Below are positions 21,367-33,043 of a stretch of 64,000 nucleotides of DNA, piece after piece. The position numbers and the translations under genes are program-made. Source of the stretch: Macrostomum lignano (taxonomy: Eukaryota). The DNA is taken from contig NIVC01000166.1 of assembly GCA_002269645.1 (NCBI GenBank), positions 372,001 to 436,000 of the forward strand. Direction: 5' to 3'. Positions within the stretch are counted from its first letter, which is position 1, and each line of letters opens with the position of its first letter. The notes beneath the pieces are model-generated. The model had not been told where the DNA came from. It ran no database searches and worked only from the letters and a program-made list of their open reading frames with translations.

Positions 21367-21678
21367 GGGGTTGTAGCCTAGTGGTCAGAGCGTCGGACTA
21401 ACGACTTGAAGGTCGGGGGTTCGATTCCCGATCCCACTGGAACAATTTGTGTCCTTGAGCAAGACACTTAACTCTGCATTGCTTCAGTTCACCCAGCTGT
21501 AAAAAGGGTTCCAGCATTAGCTGGGGTAATTTAAGGTGTGTGTCGCCCCCCCCCCCCAGTCCTTGGACTGAACAGCCGTACGCAGTCTTCAGATGCGCCG
21601 CGCAATAGCTGCGGTGGCTGAGCTGTCGGTTGCACATCTGGCCATTGGGGCAGGTGTAATCAATTATTATCATTATTA
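21367..21678 (+). mobile_element. CORE-type SINE
   Basis: Same family as 6253; ATGGGCTTG repeated in both flanks. Confidence 0.85.
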
Positions 21679-21770
21679 TGGGCTTGTGTTGATACTGGAC
21701 TGCGAAATTTCATTACAGAAGATCGGACTTTATTCGATATAAATCATCCCCATTCAGCTGTTAACAGTTA

Positions 21771-24035
21771 CTACCGAATCATACACTCGAACATCTTCAT
21801 TGAGTAGTCCACTCGCAACACAGGGTCAGTAGGTGACAAATAGTAGTAGATACCATTGTGGTCGTATGCGTCAGGTGGGTACAGGTAAACTCCATTCGGG
21901 TTCATGAAGGCGCACCAGTTAAACCACCAGCCAGGACCAACAGCAGCGCAGCTTCCATAGAACCAATTATCGTTATCAGAATCGATGGTGGTGAATTGCA
22001 TGTTGTTCATTACGAGATTTGATGAGGTGAGTTGTCCAACGTTCGACCTGTTCGCGCCCAGCGGTCCCATCGAGCACCTGTACTTGTCGAAAGCTGGCCC
22101 TACAGAGAACGGAGCATTCTCAGCCCAGTACCAGTTGTCATTACAGTCGCTGAACTCCCAACGGACTCTCCACACTCCAGTGGCGGTGAGCTGGTGGAGC
22201 TGCTCCAGTCCCATCCAGTAGTTGAGACTCTCGCCCTGACCGAATCCGCTCGCGTACTCCGACCAGTTCCGGTTGAAGCTGACGGAGCCGTCGACTCTGC
22301 TGGAACGTCCGCCAGCAGGTCTCCGACGGATCCTTGATCTGAAGCACAAACCAGCAACGTGTGGCGGCCAGACTGTACGCGACCGGCAGCACCAGTACAG
22401 CCGCTCTGGAAACCCCCAACCTCTGTCTAGCTGAGGTGGGGTGGTTGCGCACCGAGCTATCCGGCTCGCTAAGCCGGGGGTTGGCGTAGCCTATCACGCC
22501 ACGCCACGCCACCTTTTCGCACCTCCCTAGGCCCCTCAATCTCGCGCTGTTTGTAATTATATAAACACACGCAGAGCAGCACAAACTCTTCACTGCCACT
22601 CCATCTATGGAACTAATTAAGGCCTTCCGCCTCATTGGTGAGCCTGATTCCCAGCGCGGAACGCTGGGTCTACCTGGTCGGCCCTGTGCGGTCTTGGAAG
22701 CCAACCGCCTTGGCCGACTGCAACGGCAGCACAGCAGCACCACAGCCCAGCAGCCACAGCAGTACCCCGCAGCACGAATCGGCCCAGTCAGCCCGCCCCC
22801 CGGTAGCTCCTGGGGTCTCGCCTTTGGGCCCCCGCGTTGGACCAACCAGCGCCACACGCTGCAGCTCATTCAAGGTTAGCACCGCTGCTGCTAGCCTAAC
22901 GTCCCCAGCCTCTGTGCAGGAGCCTCGACCCGGCTCACGGCGGCAACTGACTGTCGATTGCCTCGGGTGTGGTCCGGCCGCGCCCTGCTGCTTTCGGCTC
23001 CCGCCTGGCGCCCTGCTGCCTTCGGCGCCCGCCTGGCGCCCTGTTGCCTTCGGCGCCCGCCGCGCGCCCCTGCCGCCTTCAGCGCCCTGCCGCCTTCAGC
23101 GCCCTGCCGCCTTCAGCGCCCTGCCGCCTTCAGCGCCCTGCCGCCTTTGGCGCCCGGCTGACTTCGGCGCCCGCTCCTCGGTGCCTTCGATTCTTCGGCG
23201 CCCGCTCCTCGGCGCCCGCTCCTCGGTGCCTTCGATTCTTCGGCGCCCGCTCCTCGGCGCCCGCTCCTCGGTGCCTTCGATTCTTCGGCGCCCGCTCCTC
23301 GGCACTCTCGCTGCCTCGGCTATCACCCGACGTTCTGGCACTAGCTCTGTGCTGGGGGGAGCTGTGTGGCGGCCAGACTGTACGCGACTGTATGCAGCCG
23401 CACTGGAAACCCCCAACCTCTGTCTAGCTGAGGTGGGGTGGGTGTGCACCAAGCTAGCCGGCTCGCTAAGCCGGGGGTTGGCGTAGCCTATCACGCCACG
23501 CCACGCCACCTTTTCGCAACTCCCTAGGCCCCTCAATCTCGCGCTGTTTGTAATTATATAAACACACACAGAGCAGCACAAACTCTTCACTGCCATTCCA
23601 TCTATGGAACTAATTAAGACCTTCCGCCTCAAACGTCAATTAAAATCCACTTTTTCACACAAACTATAAATTGTCATATTAATTACATGCAAATGGAAGC
23701 AGCATGAAACGAAACGGGTCACCTACCCAGAGCATCGGCAGACTCGCGTCCTTCTCGTGTCGACACTTCCTGCAGGCGTCCCTGCCGCCCCGGTCGCACT
23801 GCAGCAGGGCGCAGTCGCCCGACTCAGCGTCGAAGGAGGCCGCGTGAGCCTCGGCTACTGAATTTTTCATCAGAGTCGGTAATCTTTGGAACCTTGAGCA
23901 CAGTGATCAGCTTGTACTCGGTGATGTCGCCTCGGAGCTGCTTCCACTTCGATTGGCATCCGGCAGAGACGGTGGGCAGTGACAGAAAACAGCAGGTAGC
24001 CACGCACAGCAGAAGTCGCGCAGACGGAACCATCA
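21771..24035 (-). pseudogene. Frameshifted fibrinogen-related (FReD) gene copy A
   Basis: Paralogue of 25411-26404; 2-nt deletions in exon 1 (GACTCTGATG vs GACTGTCTGATG) and exon 2 (CAGCAGAGTC vs CAGCACAGAGTC); intron carries a TRIM. Confidence 0.8.
22360..23631 (+). mobile_element. TRIM / miniature non-autonomous LTR retrotransposon
   Basis: Direct repeats 22360-22634 and 23365-23631 with TG..CA ends, 4-bp TSD AACG, PBS-like TGGTGAGCC at 22636, G-rich PPT-like tract before LTR2, no recognisable coding domain. Confidence 0.85.
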
Positions 24036-25410
24036 TCTGCTCGGATCGCAGCGGGTTTTTCGAATAATTCCAGTAAGCTGTCTTTCTGAAAAATGCTGAC
24101 CTGCCAGTCATCGGCCTGTACGAGTGTGATTACTGAACTCAAACTTTTTCAGAGCGCGGCTTCCTGTTGCATATTCTGTACATGTATTTATACAGCATAT
24201 CGACAGGCTTTCAATGCGACATGAGCTGTGTCTTCTGACTTCAATTGACTGACTTGTGACAGCTGAGGCGTTTATTTAACTGAGCAGCAGCTGATTTGAA
24301 TTTGAATTTGCTGCTTTTGTCTTCTTGTCTTTCAGCTTTCAGAGACAGCAGCAAACAGGTTCTGGGTGAATTGTCACGGATGTATGACGCTTTTATGCAC
24401 GGCGCCATTGTCAATTGCAGAGTTTCACTGACAATGCCGATCGAAGCGACACCTGCTTTGGGCGGTTTTGTTTCACGGCACCGCCTTTTTACAGCTTCTT
24501 TACAGCCGTGAATCGCTCAAGAACAGCTTCACTAGGCTGCCTTACGATAGAAAATCATCCATCAGCGACGCTTTTGGGTCGCATTGTCTGTCTTCTTTGG
24601 CTTACCTCGCAAGACTTTATAACTGCATGATTTCTTTTGCAGACGTTCTAGTGAGAGTTCCATGCAGTCGGGACTCCTTTTGATCTGTGAATCAGCTTAC
24701 CGACTGTCACTTGCGCCTGTCTGTGCATTATGATTATGCTATTCACTACTATCCATAGCAATGGCACAACCAGGAGTTTGTTGAAGAGGGAGGATTCCGG
24801 TAAGTGAAAGCCCAAAGGGGAACGGGGCAGTATTTTGGTGAAAAAGCGCTTGCTTCCTCCCATTATTTTTTTCAAGTCTCCACTGAAGAGCCCCCCCCCA
24901 GCCCCAGGGTTGCGTTCCTTGGTCCTTAGCCCAGTAGCTACGCTGCAACTGCCTTTATCTTTGTGAGCATTTAGGAATGCTGTGAGCTGGAACGGTTCGG
25001 CTCAGTCAATTTTAGCCAAAGAAGAGCTCGACAATAGAAATGACATGGTGCTTTTTTACCTGCTTTTCTAGTTTTTTAGCCACTTGTCTAGCGTGTCTCT
25101 GCAATGAGAGAGCAGTGCACCAGCCAATCACTGCAGGCCAGCACGGGTGAAACAGATTACATATCTCTATTTAGCTGTGGCATGATAGACAACTGCGTCT
25201 AATTCAAACAGGGGAAGATACTATTCCTGGACAGGAAACAGTAGCGCCAATAGTTAGTCAAGCAGTAGAATTCGTACCAGACAAATAGTCAAAATTTATC
25301 AAGTCTGAGGCCTTCGAAAATAAAGTGGACGTTGAACTCTCCGGTACATCTGAAATCACACCAAGGACCACTAGCTAGTTAAGTAGTCCTTGAATCACAC
25401 TCGATCAAAA

Positions 25411-26404
25411 ATGGTTCTGGCCCTGCGACTTCTACTGTGCGTGGCTACCTGCTGTTTTCTGTCGCTGCCGACCGTCGCTGCTGGATGCCGATCGAAGTGG
25501 AAGCAGCTCCGAGGCGACATCACCGAGTACAAGCTGATCACTGTGCTCAATTTTCCAAAGATTACCGACTGTCTGATGAAATCGTCAGCGGCCGAGGCTC
25601 ACGCGGCCTCCTTCGACGCTGAGTCGGGCGACTGCGCCCTGCTGCAGTGCGACCGGGGCGGCAGCGACGCCTGCAGGAAATGTCGACACGAGAAGGACGC
25701 GAGTCTGCCGATGCTCTGGGTAGGTGACCCGTTTCGTTTCATGCTGCTTTCATTCGCATGTAATTAATATGACAACTTATAGTTTGTGTGAAACAGTGGA
25801 TTTTAATTAACGCAGTTGTTTTGTACTTCAGATCAAGGATCCGTCGGAGACCTGCTGGCGGACGTTCCAGCACAGAGTCGACGGCTCCGTCAGCTTCAAC
25901 CGGAGCTGGTCGGAGTACGCGAGTGGATTCGGTCAGGGCGAGAGTCTCAACTACTGGATGGGACTGGAGCAGCTCCACCAGCTCACCGCCACTGGAGCGT
26001 GGAGAGTCCGTTGGGAGTTCAGCGACTGGAATGACAACTGGTACTGGGCTGAGAATGCTCCGTTCTCTGTAGGGCCAGCGGCGGACAAGTACAGGTGCTC
26101 GATGGGACCGCTGGACGTGAGCAGGTCGAGTGTGGGACAGAACACAGAGAAGCTCTTGTCAGCCAACAACCAGCAGTTCAGCACATCCGAATCTGATCAT
26201 GATGGTTGGAGTGGTGGCAGTTGCGCTCAGATACGGGCTGCTGGTTGGTGGTTCGGTCATTGCAATTCCTTTAATCCCAATGGAATGCATCTGGTGCCGC
26301 CCGCTACAACTGAAGGCGTCGGAATTTACTACTATCTTCCCTACTCGGGCCCTGAATTTAATACATACTACTCAATGAAAACATTCGAGTGCCTGATTCA
26401 GTGA
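25411..26404 (+). CDS. Secreted fibrinogen-related protein (signal peptide, Cys-rich PAN/apple-like N-domain, FReD), copy B, intact
   Basis: Exons 25411-25719 and 25832-26404 (phase 0); WRTFQHRVDGSVSFNRSWSEYASGFG, YWMGLEQLHQLT, QFST..SDHD, CAQ..AGWWF..C..NPNG. Confidence 0.88.
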
Positions 26405-26759
26405 TTTGAACCAAGAGTTTGCAGCTTTTCTGAAAGTTGAGCGTCGTTAGCCACAGGTTGTGGTCCTCACATATTGATCGAAATAAATGTGTTCTGCCCC
26501 AGCGTATGATGTAAAGTTACACGATCCCTCTGGCATAGGGACGCACAGAGTAGAGCCCTGAAAGAAGAACGCAAGAGGCAGAGCTTAACCGGTCGTAAAC
26601 TTATGGCCGATCGTTCTGCTCGAATCAGTTGAGTTGGCGGTCTCAGTTGCCGGATTGTTTTCGCAATAATTCGTCTTTCGTCTTTTCTAATGAGCATTAA
26701 GATAGCTAGGAAAATCGCACAGTAAAGTACTATATATTATACTTTGAAGTACTTAGGGT

Positions 26760-27348
26760 TGTCTCGGGCTGGCCTGGTAGGTCTTTGAATCCCACCGCTG
26801 CCACCAGTGAAATACCTGTGCTTCTCCTGCTGTCCAGCACAGTGGTTTGGGCTCTCCGTCTTCTCACTCGGAAGCCTTCTTAACTCTCAGTAGCGTAGGT
26901 AGTGCTGCCACCAGTTCCTTCAGGTCTCGGCCTTCGATGAGGTGAGCTTCCTGTCGGAACAAAATAACGAAGTCAACGAACTCAGCACAACGTGCAAATT
27001 TGCAGCTCAACGTACAGGGCGTCTTGTCAGCAGTACCTGCCGGGCTTGGTTGGCGGATGGGAGGGCTGTGTTAGCCTCTCGTAGGCTCGGGTTGGCTTTA
27101 GTAGGGTCTCAGTCAGACCAATAGCAATGAACTCAATGTACGCAGACGGGCGTTCAGTACAGGCACTCGAACTCGGAAACTCACAACTCGAGAAACTCCT
27201 TGACGGAAACAAGGGGGAGAGGGGTCCTATTTATAGCCGGGATTCTCCCGCGCACAAGACCTCGTGACTTGTTCATTAGAACTGATGTCACTTGAGGTCT
27301 CCGGGCAGAGTGCGCCAGGCTGTGACTCAGTGGCTATTTTTAGCAACA
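26760..27348 (-). mobile_element. Possible solo LTR
   Basis: Minus strand reads TGTTGCTAAA...CCCGAGACA with a CTATAAATAGG TATA-like box; no convincing TSD. Confidence 0.35.
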
Positions 27349-27989
27349 TGAGTCACTCCTCTCCTTAGAGAAGGGAAAGAGCCTTAGGCACGTGATTCTC
27401 CCGGTAAACAGAACCAGCGAGTGCAGTAAACATGTTTACCGCACTTTAAGACTCCAAGAACGCAAGATCTGTCATGTGACTTGCTCACATGACAGGAAAC
27501 CGGGACGGGAACGAAACAGAGACAGCCCACAGCAGAAAGGCTGAGGGCTGAGAACAGAGGCGCAGGAAACGAGCAGAGCAGGAAAAAGGGGCAAAAAACA
27601 GACCGACAAGGGGGGCGGGAAGCTGACCAGCGGCAGACAGTAACCCAGGGCGAGGACGAGGGCGAGGGAACTGCTGACAAAGGGGGATGCCTAACACTAA
27701 ACTAGCGGCTCACTACAACTTTGTACGAGCTACATGCAGTAAATTGAGTCAGCTGCTGAAAGAGACCATCTTTTACGCCAAGGTACAGAGTATAAAACTT
27801 CAGGAGTTGCCACAAGGGCAGCCAGACGTCGAAATAAATAACAAAAAGGGGAAGGGGGAGAGAGCAGACGGCAGTCAAGCCCAGCCAATCAGCGCACTGC
27901 GAGGGAGAGAAAAACATATACCAGGAAGGTCTGGCCAATCGGACCGCAGAAAAGCTGGGTGGGGTAAACTGGGTCGGTCGCAACCATGT

Positions 27990-27992
<3 letters not shown>

Positions 27993-28055
<63 letters not shown>

Positions 28056-28072
28056 GTGAGTGAGTGAGTGAG
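27993..28072. repeat. (GA)n/(GAGT)n microsatellite
   Basis: Direct inspection. Confidence 0.95.
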
Positions 28073-29159
28073 GCGCCCCGTCCTAGCCAATCGACTGGTG
28101 ACCAGTCAGAACCGGGGAATAATTTGTCTGAACTCTGAAAACTGCTTTTAGAGACACAGGGTTGCTCTTGATTTATATTATGCGTCATGAAAACCTTTGT
28201 ATTTTATTTGTTTCACTGAAATCAAAGGGGGCAAATAAATGCCAATGTGTTTGCAGACTTTTCAGCGAATATACGCTTTCTTTCTATTGAATTCGTCCAC
28301 GAAAACGTTTCATCCAGTTTGCACAATTGATTCAGCTTAATTGATTCAAGAAACGAGCTGCTTTATTCGATAGAAAACAGCGAAAAGCATGCAATGTCAA
28401 CGTCCAAATGTTAAATATTAAATTTAACTGTCTTCGTAGTTCGAATAACGGCCGTGTGTGTAGTCAGTCCATTGCTGGTACTTCTCTAGTGTAATCGCAT
28501 GCAGTGCAGAGTCAGTTCAAAGCGATGGCGACTGATCGATCAGACAATACCTGATGAATTGCGTGAACTGACAGAGGCCTCTTCACTGCTGCCTTCAGAT
28601 ATGAACCTGCTCGCTTGTTTACGGTGGAGACTACGGTGGAAATTGAAAGGTGCCGTGTTGCGGTGAAAGTCCAGTGACTGATAGCCCAGATAACCACCGA
28701 CTCAGCCTCCACCAGAACGTTCTATTATACTAAGAAGTTGGCAAAATTTTCAGTTTAAAAATCTCCCTCCACCAAAGCACAGTGAACAAAGTGCCCCCAC
28801 TGCTAAGATATGGCCAAGGAGACAGTCATCAGTTTTCATTGTGCGTATATAGCTAGTCACATCTCGCCACCTTCACAACTCGTGTGTCTTTCCAATAAAA
28901 TTTAATTTGGTTGTCGAGTGTTCTCGACTCATGGTTGAGGCATGAGGACGAGGATCTTCATCTAAATTTGTAGATTCGCCTGCAGAAGCTTGACAACTAA
29001 CTTAACCTGCTGCCCCTACAGTTGATGATTCGGAAGCCCTGCACCAGTTGATTGCAAATTGTCAATTTGTGCGGTTTTGAATGTTTTGTATCCACAATTG
29101 TCTTGGCCGCGTCTTTTGTGATGTCCAAGGATATCAGCAAGTTGTTTCCGCAACCGCGA

Positions 29160-29865
29160 CACGCTGGCGGTGCTCGGAGACCTGAACGCAGTCCCGCGGA
29201 GGTCCGAGCGCTTGCCCTTTGTCGCCTCAGAGAAGGCGACGGAACGCACGCGGACGGAACGCCATGCAACTCGATCATGCGCTGGTTCGCACTCGCGAGC
29301 GCCGCCGCGTCACCAACTGCGACACTATGGCTCCACGGGCTCTCCGGTCAGACCACCGATTCCTGATCTGCGACTTGCGGCTCCGCGACCAGCTCTACCG
29401 ACCGCCAAAGCAGCGGCCACGGCGATACTATCGCGCACTGTTGGACACCCGCGTGTGAAGCGTCAATTCGCGGGTGCCTTCGTCGGCGCGCTCGGAGACC
29501 AGCGCGAGGCGGAGTATTCCGACATCAGCACCGCCGTTAGAGCCGCTGCGGAGCCAACGGTCCCGCTGATGCGGCCAACGCAGAAATCGCTGCCTGTCTG
29601 GCAGAGCGACCCGACCATCAGGCAGGCGCGGCTCAACATCGAGCGACTCCGCAGAAACCGGCGGCCCACAGGCGACGCTGAAGACGCGTTTGAGCGTCAT
29701 CACTTCAGCCGGCCCCGACGTGAAGAGCCGCGCATCCGCCAGTCTACGCTGATCATTGTCTTTGTTGACTTTCGAAAGGCGTTTCACTCGGTGTTGAGAG
29801 CCGCGCTCCCCTTCGTCCTTCGAGCCTACCGGGTCCCGCAGCAGCTAATCAACGCTATCATGTCG
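29160..29865 (+). mobile_element. Internally deleted non-LTR retrotransposon (LINE) fragment
   Basis: APE motifs GDLNA and SDHRFLICDL; RT motif FVDFRKAFHSV; frameshifted. Confidence 0.75.
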
Positions 29866-29869
29866 CAGC

Positions 29870-30828
29870 CAAACTTTTTCAAAATCCATTTACTCAACTG
29901 AGACTGGAATCGGAAGGATTTACTCAGCAGCAGCAAACGAGAGGTTAACTGTATCGGCAGAAGACGAGCTGCTGCAGAGGTACAACCGCTTGATGTTGAC
30001 TGGAGAACGCAGCGGCTCAGTGCTGAAGGGCGTCATCACGATTCTGGCCGACAAACATCGAGCTGAGTTGCTGAGAAAATCTCTGCAGAAATTGTACGAA
30101 AACTTCAACTGGAAGTTCGGGTATCCGGTACTCATCTTCCATGAAGCTGACTTCGACCGCACCTGGCTGCAGTCAGGACCGTCGGCTTCATTCCCATGCT
30201 CAACATGTCGTCCATCTTCTTTCAGCAGGTCAACTTGAGCGTCCCAAATTGGTACCTGAAGAAGTTCGGCCAGCCTCCGAAGTATTCATGCGGAGGCGCG
30301 AGGAGTATCGGCTACCGGAGCATGTGCAGATTTCACGCAAAGCTCATCTACGAGGAGCCCATGATGAGGCACTTCGACTACCAGTGGAGACTGGACGACG
30401 ATTCTGTTCTTGATGCAGAAATTTCGTTCGACGTGTTTGCCGCTGTTAGAGACGCTGAGTGCAGCTACGGTTACTTTGAGACCTTCATCGACACCTGCGG
30501 CCACAACACCTTCAACATCACTGCAGACTACATGAGGGTGAATGGCATCAAGCCGACATTCTTCCACCGACTCAAGAGGAACGAGGTGTTCTTCAACAAC
30601 TTCGAGGTGTCCGGCCTGAAGATCTGGCGGTCCGGCCAGTACCAAGACTTCGTAGACTACATGGACTCTCTGGGCGGCATCTACACGCACAGGTGGGGCG
30701 AAGCTCCAATCAAGACATTGGCGCTGAGCATGTTTGTACCTGTGTCCGAGATCTGCCAGTTTAGAGACAACAGCTACAGGCACCACAGTCTAAGTTCACC
30801 TTTGACAACGAATTTTTTGCAAGATTAG
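29870..30828 (+). pseudogene. GT15 family (KRE2/MNT1/KTR-like) alpha-1,2-mannosyltransferase, frameshifted near 30170, 5' end adjoining a LINE fragment
   Basis: YPVLIFHE, GYRSMCRF, FDYQWRLDDDS, FFNNFEV...WRSGQY, GGIYTHRWGEAPI parallel yeast Kre2 YRHMCRF/WSNFEI/RWGDAP; frame change between WLQS and VRTVGFIP. Confidence 0.8.
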
Positions 30829-31689
30829 TGGCCAGATTTTACAATGCTTTGATTGCAAAAAATTGTAAAATTGCTACCTACTCAAAATGGTTGCAACTGC
30901 ATGTATTTTGTTTTAAGTGACTCCCTAAGGACCTGAGAATTTGAGCAGTTGCTGTAGTAAGTATTTCAATTTTTAGTGTACTGTATCAATCTTCAACAGC
31001 GTACCCTCTCAAGCTTTAATTTGAGTTTTTATCGACAAGTAGAGACGTCAATAAATCTAGATTAGATTTAGATTCAATACTGCTGAAGAAACTATATATT
31101 TTCATTAAATGAATTTTTCTCTTGACGAGCGCAAGCATGGTATTTAGCCGGCATTATGATCAATAATTGTCTAAGCCAAACATTCACTGGTTGTTTTCAC
31201 TGAATACGGCTCGTGTGGAACATTTTGGCTAATCAAAGACGCTCAATTATACGTTATGAAGACCGGTTTTTCCAGTGCAACTCTGTATATATAACATACT
31301 CGTACTTTTTACGCATCTGTACGTACTATGGTTATCATTACCAGCTTTGTACAATATCCGCATCAATCAGCATATGGGTTTCTTTTTTATTTTTCTTGCC
31401 AGTGCAGTTCGCAATTTAGGTTGCTGGAACTAGCCAAACATCTTCGTACTCGTTGGTATCGGCGTATGTGTACAGGTCCGCTTCATTCTGAGGCGTCTGC
31501 TGCGAAGCTGCTTGAGTTGAGTCGCTTGTAGAGTTTATGTAGACTGTGCTTACTTCCGTTGATGTTGTCGGACTCAGGCTTGGAGCTTTGATGGCGCCTG
31601 AACTTTTAGCTGCTGGTAGCCGTTTCTAAAAGTGATGCAGTGCGTTTGTTATACTGCACTTAGGTTTGTTGTATTCAATTAGTACACGT

Positions 31690-32200
31690 AGGTTTGTTAT
31701 AGTACATCTAGGTTTGTTAAAGTACATTTTAAAGTACATTTAAAGTACAAAGTTTTAAAATGTTAAAGTACATTTAATGTACTATAACATGTAGGTTTGT
31801 TATAGTACATCAAGGTTTGTTATAGTACATCAAGGTTTGTTATAGTACATGTAGGTTTGTTATGGTACAATACATGTAGGTTTGTTATAGTACAAGTTAG
31901 CTTTGTTATAGTACATGCAGGTTTGTTATAATACATGTAGATTTGTTATGGTACATGTTGGTTTGTTATAGTACATCCAGGTTTGTTATAGTACATGCAG
32001 GTTTGTTATAGTACACGTAGGTTTGTTATGGTACAATACATGTAGGTTTGTTATAGTACAAGTTAGCTTTGTTATAGTACATGCAGGTTTGTTATAATAC
32101 ATGTAGATTTGTTATGGTACATGTTGGTTTGTTATAGTACATCCAGGTTTGTTATAGTACATGTAGGTTTGTTATAGTACACGTAGGCTTGTTATAGTAT
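31690..32200. repeat. 20-bp satellite GTTTGTTATAGTACATGTAG
   Basis: Tandem units with an internal ~166-bp duplication. Confidence 0.9.
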
Positions 32201-32754
32201 ATTTAGTTGATTTAGGAGTTGAAGATTCAATTAACATTCAAACGAATTGACAGCTACAGTTTGGGCAGAAGGTATCAAAGCTACGAGCCATTGATTCCAG
32301 TCTGCACTATTATTTTTCCAAGGAACTCTGTTTTTCTTCTTAAGGAGCGCTTACCGGCTTGTAAAATAAAATGACCAACATCAGAGCAAAGAGCATCAGT
32401 GAGGAAACCAGCACAGCTATGCAGAGTACAGTTTTCACTCCGGTGTACATGTCGGTATGCTGGCTAGCGCTGGAAGAAGAGTCAGTCTGAGCAGTGGCTG
32501 CAAGTGCGCGTTAGCAAATTTGTGCATTTCAAAATTCCCAATATTATTCGGGTGGAAGTTAAACAAAAGGCACTCACTCCTGCCTTGCGAAGCGGTGTCG
32601 ATAGAATCTTGAAAAAGAAAAAAACATTAAAAAGTTTCAAGTAGCATTCGCGATGCAAAGAGCTTCTGAGGTACGAAATTGTCATCGAACTGCTTGGAGG
32701 GCCTGATATAATCCATGAGTACATGTATGAGATAAACTATCAATAGTTTTTTCT

Positions 32755-33043
32755 TATTCTATATTAATTGATTATACCCTAATGGCCAGATGTGCAACCG
32801 ACAGCTCAGCCGCAGCTATTGCGCGGCGCATCTGAAGGCTGCGTACGGCTGTTCAGTCCAAGGACTGGGGGGTCGCCACACAGCCTCAATTACCCCAGCT
32901 AATGCTGGCACCCATTTTACAGCTGGGTGAACTGAAGCAATGCAGAGTTAAGGGCAAAAATTGTTCCAGGTAAGATCGGGAATCGAACCCCCGACCTTCA
33001 AGTCGTGAGTCCGATGCTCTGACCACTAGGCTACAACGCCCTA
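32755..33043 (-). mobile_element. CORE-type SINE
   Basis: Reverse complement of the 6253 family. Confidence 0.85.
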
